A stretch of DNA of 63,768 nucleotides, counting the filler, from Collodictyon triciliatum (lineage: Eukaryota), in NCBI GenBank assembly GCA_043381765.1. It is 9 parts of 9 records of this genome, joined end to end, with 100 filler letters (N's around TTAATTAATTAA, not from the genome) between each part and the next. Parts side by side here need not be neighbours in the genome. Positions count along the whole stretch, not along the records: positions 14,970 to 22,352 come from JBHJMP010003927.1; positions 22,453 to 29,834 come from JBHJMP010003928.1; 7 more parts are not named here. The stretch is one strand, 5' to 3'. Below the pieces are notes generated by a model. It was given only the letters and a program-made list of their open reading frames with translations, ran no database searches and was not told the DNA's origin. The position numbers and the translations under genes were made by a program. The first letter of the stretch is position 1. Each line of letters starts with the position of its first letter. Below, one piece after another: positions 20,801 to 28,200 of the stretch.

Positions 20801-21551
20801 ACATGATTCAAAAAAAGCTCTGCCTGGACATATTGTCACTGCACCGATTGTGACTCGCCAGTCATCCAACTCTGTGAAGGTTTCTTGGAACCCGCCTTTG
20901 AATAAAGGTTCGCTTATTCTCGCAATACATTTCTGTTTATATCAGCCCAAATTTCTATAATAGACATAGGAGTATCCACGTTCAAAAATCGACAATTTAT
21001 TTAATCACTAATGATAAGATACGACTCAATGAAATTTTCATTACAGGAAGTTCAGGTTCTACTTACTATATCCTTCGTCGAAGCCCGTCATTCGAAGATG
21101 GAGACATCCAAGTTGATGAAACCGAATACCTCGATACCAATGCTGTGTAAGATAATTCCCAAGATGAGAAAATTTTCCACTTTGTTTAATATGATATGAA
21201 TATGAGCATAGTTTCTATTATTCAAGTCCCTCGATGAAACTAAAAGCATCTTTCCTTTCAATACCCGTTAAAGTGAGATTCACTTTCAATTTTTATCATA
21301 TTCGTCTCAGTGACTCGACTAGATACAGCTACATGGTTAAAGCAGCTAATGACGCTGGAGAGGCCCCGTTCTTTAGTAAGGTGCAAGAGGAGCCGAAAGC
21401 GTCAGATGACAGTGAAAGCCTCTCATCTGGTGCGATTGTGGGAATTGCTGTTGGAAGTGCTGTGGGGACTGTCGCAATAGCAGGCGCAGTAACTTTTGCA
21501 GTTAAAAGACGCAAAACCCAGAAGGCCCTCGAACTTGGTCAGCTGCGATGA
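17833..21551 (+). CDS. Pappalysin (PAPP-A)-like M43 metzincin with two LNR inserts, an FN3-like domain and a C-terminal transmembrane helix
   Basis: Signal peptide (FLLAALLFSSYPSSA); SCGT; ETICDDPTYVLGY; LNR-like CPIEKVGD|GFGDFECLHTYNGYDGGD and IGNGVCDDDCNVAPANYDGGDCC; zinc site AHE|AGHSFGLWHTFHGVSE (intron 19761-19920); GDLCSDTRPTP; Met-turn ENVMGY; FSPQQ|SARARCYFDLYYSDW; FN3-like VKVSWNPP...YSYMVKAANDAG; TM helix AIVGIAVGSAVGTVAIAGAVTFAV followed by KRRK. Confidence 0.88.
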
Positions 21552-21857
21552 GCTAGTCAGAAATGCTAACATCGGCCAGAAATCTCTTGATTCTGAATAA
21601 AATCAATTGAGAATGCCTGTGTCTGTGTGTTTTGCTGCTGTTTTGTTTACTTAGTCCTTAAAGACTATTTTAACAAATGGTAATAAATTGATAGTGATAT
21701 TATATTTATCTAACTATATAGATAAATATAATATCAGATGGTTTTTTGCGCATTTTCTTTCCTTTTTTTTTAAGGGTATTACTATTTTGTTACCAAGCAG
21801 CTCAGATTTTTTCGAGGCAACAACTGAATTAGATTCTGTTCATTCATCAACCGTCTC

Positions 21858-22352
21858 TTTTTTCGGTTTTTTTTTTTCGACAGTTTTCTCCAATTCTAAC
21901 CAAATGAAAAACTGTGGAGTGGCTCATGTTGGTATCCAAGACCGATAGAGTAGATACATTGTCATTGGGTCTAGATATGTGCAGGCTTGTCCGGTGTTGG
22001 TGGTGGATGGCTCGAGTGCGAGGATTCTGAAGAGGAACCGAGATTTCCTTCTATCTCATCGTTGTCGCTATCGCTGTATGCGCGTATCTGCTGTGAGTCT
22101 TATAGACTCTGGCGTTGCCTGGCCTTGGCTTCCTTGACCCGGTTGCTGCTTGTCTGCTTGGCGGTTGTATTATTATGCAGAACTTTTACTTGTCGTTCGT
22201 TGTTCGCGGCTGGCGGACGCTATTTGAGGGTGCGCTTTAGACACTTTTTACTCATGACTGTAAACTTTGCAGGGAGCTGGTTCTTGTGAAAAAGAAGCTT
22301 CACCACAGCCGTGTCTGTGAAGAAGCCTTTGTCCTTTTTTTATGTCCACGTG
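21858..22352 (-). mobile_element. Second, internally deleted copy of the contig-3 retroelement (cut by contig end)
   Basis: 21953-22352 aligns by eye with about 16130-16529 at high identity, same orientation. Both copies have a T-tract followed by TTTCGACA at the putative 3' end. Confidence 0.7.
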
Positions 22353-22452
22353 NNNNNNNNNNNNNNNNNNNNNNNNNNNNNNNNNNNNNNNNNNNNTTAA
22401 TTAATTAANNNNNNNNNNNNNNNNNNNNNNNNNNNNNNNNNNNNNNNNNNNN
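22353..22452. other. Artificial contig linker
   Basis: N44-TTAATTAATTAA-N44. Confidence 0.98.
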
Positions 22453-22647
22453 TTCTCCTAGCTCGTTTGATGGAGCTGTGGCTTTTTGGTAAGTTTTTAT
22501 GGTCTGAGTAATCTCTTTGTTCTTTTTTTTAGCTTCTGTTGCTTTTGGCTGGATTTTCGCGAGGTGGGCTTTTTGTTTTTCCGATGCGATGCGTTTAGAC
22601 TTTGGTTTTTTCTCTATGGTATCCATTTCGTTTTCAGAATCGCTCAT
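22453..22647 (-). CDS. Small basic Lys-rich viral-type protein, 3'-truncated
   Basis: MSDSENEMDTIEKKPKSKRIASEKQKAHLAKIQPKATEAKKK resembles the 'KR..SEKQ...L.K' small proteins I recall from PLVs/NCLDVs. Start placed at 22647 rather than 22653 because it fits the shared upstream motif. Confidence 0.6.
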
Positions 22648-22681
22648 ATTCATCCATAGAAAATAATTTCTGAGTAAGACT
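22648..22681. promoter_or_regulatory. Putative bidirectional viral promoter: two back-to-back TCT-N6-GA[A/C]T-ATG motifs
   Basis: Plus strand: aattTCT gagtaa GACT ATG(22682). Minus strand: atttTCT atggat GAAT ATG(22647). The core AGAAA-ATAA-TTTCT (22658-22671) is an inverted repeat. Confidence 0.6.
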
Positions 22682-23446
22682 ATGGATAAAGCGTATTACA
22701 TTCACATATATTCAGCCAACAGATCAAGCGGCAGTATATCAAACTTTGATTTTGCCACGACACAAAACAGATATGTTGCATCCTCAGGTAAAGTTGCACT
22801 TGAAAGTATTCAAATTCCTTATGCCGTACATAATGTTACGAGTGCCAATAATGAATTAGCTTTTCTTTGTAGTGTCAGTGGCAGCCCTGTTTCATACAAT
22901 ATTTCACTTGAGACTGGACTTTTAACAATCCAAGAAATAGTCAGTGACATCCGAACAAAGATTAACGCGGCAACCTTAGGCCAGGGAGCTGCAGCAGAAG
23001 TCACTGTTTCATTTCTGAGCGGCAAGCAAAAGATAGCAATCAAAGCAGCTGGTCCAAATGTTTCATATGAACTGTTTGTAAATTCTAGTACCTGTAGAGA
23101 GCTAATAGGACTGACGGCTAATTTAACATTCAACACTAGTTTTGTTGAGCTGCAGAATATGGTCAATGTCCGTCCGTTTGATTATGTGTATTTAGTCAGC
23201 CCCAATATTCAGTCGTCAAGTTTTGCCAGTAACATAGGCGGCAATGGCATTATCGCAAAGATTCCGCTGAGTGTTGGTTCACGGTACTCGAATTATTACG
23301 AGGTGAATGACAATATCCTAGAGAATCTGATGGACTGCTCGTATATTCCGTTCAGCTGGAATTTCCGGTTGGTCGACAGACTGGGGCGGACAATTAATCA
23401 AATTCAGGACTACAGCTTCACGCTGCGGATTATTCCAGATTTTTAA
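22682..23446 (+). CDS. Minor capsid protein (single jelly-roll penton) of PLV/virophage/Polinton type
   Basis: 254 aa with the characteristic motif order: IYSANRSSGSISNF, VALESIQIPYAVHNVTSANNEL, ISLETG...EIVSDI, ELIGL, YVYLVS, IIAKIP, FRLVDRLGRTIN...DYSFTLRI. Confidence 0.78.
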   Translation: MDKAYYIHIYSANRSSGSISNFDFATTQNRYVASSGKVALESIQIPYAVHNVTSANNELAFLCSVSGSPVSYNISLETGLLTIQEIVSDIRTKINAATLGQGAAAEVTVSFLSGKQKIAIKAAGPNVSYELFVNSSTCRELIGLTANLTFNTSFVELQNMVNVRPFDYVYLVSPNIQSSSFASNIGGNGIIAKIPLSVGSRYSNYYEVNDNILENLMDCSYIPFSWNFRLVDRLGRTINQIQDYSFTLRIIPDF

Positions 23447-23460
23447 ATCTTGCCTAGAAT
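23444..23460 (+). promoter_or_regulatory. Third copy of the TCT-N6-GA[A/C]T-ATG upstream motif
   Basis: taaaTCT tgccta GAAT ATG(23461); TCT again starts exactly 13 nt before the ATG. Confidence 0.6.
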
Positions 23461-25236
23461 ATGGGTTTTTTCATTACAGAAGAAAAGGAACTACCGGAAT
23501 TTTCCAATCAAGACGCAAACAAAATTTTGAAAGTAGATTCAAGTGGGCTTTATTTACAGTGGCTGCAGGAGACGACGGCACCGGCTGAGCTGCCTAGCCA
23601 AGCGGGAAACAATGGCCGACTACTCACTACCAACGGCTCAGTACCATCGTGGACAGATGCGCTATCAGTTAGTACTCTCACTAGTGGAGGAAATATTCAT
23701 TTTTCAAATAATAATAGTCAGTTTTCTCAATTGAGAAGAAATGATAATGTCAATATGATTTTACAAGATGATGGCGTCGGGACCCGGACTATGTCATTTA
23801 ATATTGGAAACCTTAGTAGCACTAGGAGAAGATTGTTTATACAGCAAGGAACATTTACTGTTGAAAATAGCAGATTTCTTGTTTCCGATTCGTCACAAAT
23901 TCACTCAATTGCAGGCATACTAAATCTACCCACAGCTGGCAGTGCATCCGCCCCGACTTTGATGTTTGGAGACAACACAGACACACCAGTTGCGAGTCGA
24001 ACAGGTATTTGGGGCTCAGACAATGTTATTCGTTTTGGAACAGATGGAACGGAAAGAGTTACTATAAGAAATGACGGGCTCACAGTTCCTGATGGCTCTA
24101 CCGCGGCCCCTTCTTATAGTTTCGAAAATTCTACAAATTCTGGTTTAGTGAGAACAGTAGTCGGTACTGATAATGGGATTGGTTTTGTAGCTAATGGAAC
24201 ACAAGTGTGCTCTATAGTAGGTGGTAATATTAGATTGAGCGGAGGTTCGAGTATTCGAAACAACGTATCTAATCCAAGTTCTAATATACAGTTTATTGGA
24301 AGTACAGGAGGCGCAACGGGGTATATACAGTCGACATTTAGTGATTCTAGTACAGGAACCGCAGCAACTTACAGGTTGGGTAATGGCACAAACTGGCCAG
24401 CTACTGAAACGGTTATGAGTAGATTAGTCGGAGGCACTGGAACGAATGAAATATTTGCAACAGAGCACGGGAATACGTATTTTAGATTTTTAGGGGCAAC
24501 AGGTACGGGGGCTACTTTGCCGACACGAGTTCAGAGGGTTGAAATTAATAATTCAGGTATGAGCATAACAGGCAACTTATCAGTTACTGGGACCATTACG
24601 GGAACAATTGAGTTTCCTAGCAACACTATAAACGTTCTAAATGTGCAATTTGGTGGTACGGGAGCAAGCATCACAGGGGCTAATTCCGGTGTAAATTCAT
24701 CGGTTAATATTCAGACTGAAGCACAAAATCGTGTAAATGTAAAATCAAATGATACGGAAATACTTAACAGTTTAAATATCAGTAGAGGAATTATATCACC
24801 TTTTGTAATAATTGACGAACAAACATACACAGTATCAAGAACTACCCCAGCACATGTAATATTAACCAGATCTACTATTTCAGGTGCTCCTAATTCTGAA
24901 TTAACGCTTCCTGCAGCATCTGATGTACCATTAGGATTTGGATTTCGTTTATACATATTTAACTTACCTGGACGTACAATTTTAACAAACAACGCAATTT
25001 TTCAAGCAACACCCGCATCAAACAATCCACTTATTTTTACACCTTCTACAAACATTCGTTATTTTGTGGGTAATGCATACTATGATTTTACATCGAGCAC
25101 AACTCGATATATGGTGTTGGATTTTTACAATATGCGTGAATGGGCACCAAGTAAATCAAGATGGATTATAACTCCAGTAAGTCAATGGATTGAACCATCT
25201 CCATCTACCACTGTATGGCTTGGAAATGACAACTAA
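23461..25236 (+). CDS. Virion fibre / phage tail-fibre-like protein
   Basis: 591 aa, G/S/T/N-rich and beta-prone. Tandem N-terminal motifs ELPEFSNQDANKILKVDSSGLYLQW and ELPSQAGNNGRLLTTNGSVPSW; repeats GSASAPTLMF...TGIW...IRFGTDGTERVTI and GSTAAPSYSF...SGL; C-terminal LTLPAA...G...YIFN. Lies directly downstream of the penton gene. Confidence 0.7.
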   Translation: MGFFITEEKELPEFSNQDANKILKVDSSGLYLQWLQETTAPAELPSQAGNNGRLLTTNGSVPSWTDALSVSTLTSGGNIHFSNNNSQFSQLRRNDNVNMILQDDGVGTRTMSFNIGNLSSTRRRLFIQQGTFTVENSRFLVSDSSQIHSIAGILNLPTAGSASAPTLMFGDNTDTPVASRTGIWGSDNVIRFGTDGTERVTIRNDGLTVPDGSTAAPSYSFENSTNSGLVRTVVGTDNGIGFVANGTQVCSIVGGNIRLSGGSSIRNNVSNPSSNIQFIGSTGGATGYIQSTFSDSSTGTAATYRLGNGTNWPATETVMSRLVGGTGTNEIFATEHGNTYFRFLGATGTGATLPTRVQRVEINNSGMSITGNLSVTGTITGTIEFPSNTINVLNVQFGGTGASITGANSGVNSSVNIQTEAQNRVNVKSNDTEILNSLNISRGIISPFVIIDEQTYTVSRTTPAHVILTRSTISGAPNSELTLPAASDVPLGFGFRLYIFNLPGRTILTNNAIFQATPASNNPLIFTPSTNIRYFVGNAYYDFTSSTTRYMVLDFYNMREWAPSKSRWIITPVSQWIEPSPSTTVWLGNDN

Positions 25237-25265
25237 ACAATTTTTATTATAATAACAATTGTTTA
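25234..25265. terminator. 32-bp near-perfect palindrome spanning the stop codons of two convergent ORFs (bidirectional hairpin terminator / polyadenylation signal)
   Basis: TAAACAATTTTTATTATAATAACAATTGTTTA: 15 of 16 symmetric positions are complementary. It starts at the fibre TAA and ends at the large-ORF TAA. Confidence 0.7.
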
Positions 25266-28200
25266 ATAAATAGCCTGTGAAAGATTCTTCATTGGTGTCC
25301 CGAATATTCGCTCGGTAATTGGCCCGTAAGATTTGCGGCCAAATGCACCAGAGGATATAAAGTATTGAGCGTCCCTTGCCGAACCGAATGCACGTTTCTG
25401 GCCGCCGCCGTGTACGACGTAATTGAGTCCCTCGCGTCTTATAGAATATGCAGATTGGCCCGGAATAATAATGGTACCGAGGTCAGAATTGACGACTCTA
25501 CCCAAGTTTTGCTGAGGTAGAAATGCGACATTTCTTAGTTTCTGGTCCGTGGGGTCTCCGTATTGTGGACTGTATTTCAGAGGCCAATAACCTGCAGCTC
25601 GCGCTTGTTTCAGTTGGGCGTCTAAATCATTTCTAGTGTCTTCATCAATAGTATTGTTATAATAAAATAAAACAAGTTCTCTAGCTGCCTCGGGTTCTAT
25701 GGACAAATCCACCCATTGAATACCTAATTCATTCATTTTTGTTTCAAATGTTTCTATATCGTTTAATACAGAACCAGTAAAATTAATAGGTAGTCCAGTA
25801 TTTAATTGGCCGTTTCGATTTCTCAAAGATATTTGTTTTGAAACTTCTTTTGCGAACTTCGTCTGATTTCCGAAATTGCGTTCAATGACTGGGCGCATAA
25901 AATTATTATTAAAAATGGGATTGAAGTTGAAGCCTCCAAAACCTCCGAAGCCGCCTCCGCCTCCGCCTCCGCCTCCGCCAGGTGGTCCAGGTGGTCCAGG
26001 TGGGCCTCCGCCAAGGCTTGGAGCTCTTCTAGGTACCCGGACTGGGGTACCAATACCGACATTTCCAGTTCCAAGGCTTACACCTCGTCGTGGAGCAGGA
26101 CGTGGGCTATCGATTGGATTAAACATTGTATTGGGATTCATATTATTACCACCGAAAATATTTTGACCAATAACATTTGTTGCAGCCTGGAAAATATTAG
26201 CACCCACATTAAAAACGTTGCCTGCAAGTGCCCTGACTGCTGCCATTCTACCAGGAATAACAGGGGAGGGAGCAATTTGTTGAACTGGACTTTGAGCAGG
26301 CACCATCGCACGTGGTGGGGACCCAGTAGGACTATCAGGTAATATCATAATATTTGGATTGGGTTGTGACGCAGCTGGCAGTGCTGGAAAATCTTGAAAC
26401 TGCCAGGGACCTAGTGCTATTGGACTTGGAATTCCTTGAGATAAAGACCTAGGTGTACTAACACGTCTTCTTGTTAGAGAACTTGGACGAGAACTAGGTT
26501 GAGACCTCACTATCATTTGTGAAGGCGTATCGGGTATATCATCTTCAGGGTCGTTAGTTGGAATTGCAGGGTACGCCGCATTATAATAAAATGTGGCTGT
26601 ATCAGCAATTTGGTCTCGTTGATATTTTAATTGCTGAGCAAGATTTTGTAAATTTTCAATTGTTTGCGCTTGTTCTATAACAATAGGATTTTCTAAATTT
26701 AATAATGCATTTAAATTATCGACTTGGTTTCTTAATTCTTGTATTTCAAACTCTTGTGTTTCAGGTGCTTGCAATAACAGTTGCAAATTATGAAGGTGAG
26801 TTTCCAATTCCTCTATCTTACGTAATTTTATTTCTTCAAACATTAATTTTCTTTTATTATTAAATTCACTTTGATATTTAATAAGATTTTCTCTTCGTCT
26901 TTCTAATTCTTGAGTGTTTAAACTGGTTCGTCTTGATGCAGGTGTGCCTGGAGGTGGTTTTGGTGTTCTTGGAGTCCGTGTTGTCTGTGACAATTGAGAT
27001 AATTGAATGGATTCTGTATTAAATCCTACTGAATAATTTCCAGGTTTAATTCTATTCAATGCATTGCGCTGTTCTTCCATTCTAGCCTGCTCATTAGCCA
27101 TTTGCACACCAAGTTCTTCAAGCTTTTTTTTATACATTTCTTTGTCTTGTAAGAGTCCTGTTGCTAGGTCAGACGCAATATTAACTGTATTCTGTAGCTC
27201 AGAAATATACTCATTTTGTTCACCCAATGCAATATTTAAAGTATCGATTTGGTTATATGCATTATCTAATTTATTTTGGACCAACTCTAGATGTTCGGCT
27301 AATTTTTTTAATAATTCATCTGCTGCTTGATTAGTAGGTGTAATATCTATTTCGGTAATTACATCTTGGGTTGTTAAATTTGTTTGTACATTGGTTAGTT
27401 TATCCTGTTGATTTTGTTCCCTAATTCTATTAATTTTCTCGCTCATTTGTGCAAGTTTTTCAGTTATATTTCCGATACTTACCGTTCCGCTTGTGTCAGG
27501 TATAGACGACCTGTTTGGTGTATTATCAAAAGGCGATGTAAATAATTGTCTTTTAGGAACTGATGCTGGAGGCAACATATCGCCTGTTACTTTACTACCG
27601 AATCCAGTGCGTTGTGTGTATGTTGGTGTTCCTTGAATACTCGGAGCTTGTGTAAAACTCTGATTGGCTAAAAATGACATTCCACTTATATTGGATTCGT
27701 TTAATACAGGATTACTAATAGTAGATTCATTAGCCATATTTTCGGTCTGGGCTTGTGTAAATGAAATACCTGATTGATTCAGTTGTTGTAAACTCTGTTC
27801 TGCAAAACTTTGAGCAGGAGTTAGAATTCGCGAGCCTATATATGTAAGTGTTGATTGGTCTGGGTCAAATACTGATGCGCTACCCAAAACTTTTGGTCCA
27901 AATAAAATACTAGCACTTCTCTGTGCATTTTGTACATAATTTGCTTGGTTAAAAATTTGCGAGCGTTCAAAAGTAGTAAACAAATCATCCATAGACTGCT
28001 CTAGCATATTACGGGAACTACTGGCATTTAATTGCACCATCGAAACAATATTTTTTGCGAGTAAGTTACTAAAATTTATATTATCAAATTCATTAAGTCT
28101 ATCGTCAAGTGAATCATTGACAATTAATTCAATATCTTGTTGTTCACGAGCTATTTGCGCTTTGTATTCGTCATTTAACATATCTGCTACGGTCAATGCT

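Noticed and set aside
25940-26010. PPGPPGPPG as a collagen domain
   Set aside because: Only three Gly-X-Y triplets followed by poly-Gly, too short for a triple helix.
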